NCBI GenBank assembly: GCA_963815455.1
Contig: CAWFGO010000001.1
Location: 544,001-608,000 of the forward strand
Origin: an uncultured Verrucomicrobiae bacterium
Lineage (GTDB): Bacteria > Verrucomicrobiota > Verrucomicrobiia > Chthoniobacterales > UBA10450
Length of the DNA stretch: 64,000 nucleotides
Direction: 5' to 3'
Shown here: piece after piece, positions 63,666 to 64,000 of the stretch
Position numbering within the stretch: position 1 is the stretch's first letter
Layout of the letters: each line of letters starts with the position of its first letter
The notes under the pieces: model-generated
Told to the model about the DNA's origin: nothing
The model's input: the letters and a program-made list of their open reading frames with translations, nothing else
The model's database searches: none
Program-made: the position numbers and the translations under genes

Positions 63666-64000
63666 ACGATTTCTCCGAGCTCGAAAATGAATTGAAGAAG
63701 CTGCGACCGGCGCCGCCGTCCGCCGGGCTTCTTACCCGGGTCGAGCAGGCGTTGTCCGAATCGAACGATCAGGAAAAGATCATTCGGCCGGATCGGTTTC
63801 GGGTAAATTGGGTTTCGATTGGCTTTGGCCTCGCGGCCGCGGCGGTGTTTCTTTTGTTTGCCCGAGTGAACATGGAGCGCCGGCGGGAGCAAGGCGAACG
63901 AGTCGCCCAGATTTCGCCCGCACCGACGAAAATGCCCAATCTGGCTGCACCCCGCACCGGCACGGAAACCGGCAGACCAGCATTGGCTAACGAATTCATT
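63662..64000 (+). CDS. Putative anti-sigma membrane protein, partial
   Basis: MNDFSELENELKKLRPAPPS... followed by a TM segment; ATGA-coupled to the sigma gene; runs off the window. Confidence 0.65.
   Translation, partial: MNDFSELENELKKLRPAPPSAGLLTRVEQALSESNDQEKIIRPDRFRVNWVSIGFGLAAAAVFLLFARVNMERRREQGERVAQISPAPTKMPNLAAPRTGTETGRPALANEFI

Overview
A 64-kb GC-rich bacterial chromosomal segment, most likely from a soil Verrucomicrobiota of the Chthoniobacterales/Spartobacteria type (inferred from protein styles, not from a marker search). Many genes, including aroC, carry single-base frameshifts that look like long-read consensus errors, mostly right of about 38 kb. Housekeeping and metabolic genes include rpsA, aroC, gatB, trmB, msrA, comEC, the CBS/CGL transsulfuration pair, glycerate kinase and ABC/MFS transporters. 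The main accessory features are: (1) a beta-barrel gene and a 10-CxxCH cytochrome/LVIVD gene separated by a four-helix-bundle gene that is bracketed by inverted 7-bp tandem arrays, with related gene-less 8-, 9- and 10-bp inverted arrays elsewhere; (2) a signal-peptide Rhs toxin with an 'SRKTHG'+dockerin module inserted inside its core, followed by an immunity gene and a broken orphan module interrupted by a RAYT-like Y1 transposase element with 27-bp terminal inverted repeats; (3) several REP-like palindrome families plus 18-33-bp hairpin micro-insertions lying in frame inside genes and nested inside other repeats; (4) two type II toxin-antitoxin pairs. No rRNA, tRNA or CRISPR array was recognised. 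All alignments and counts were done by eye.
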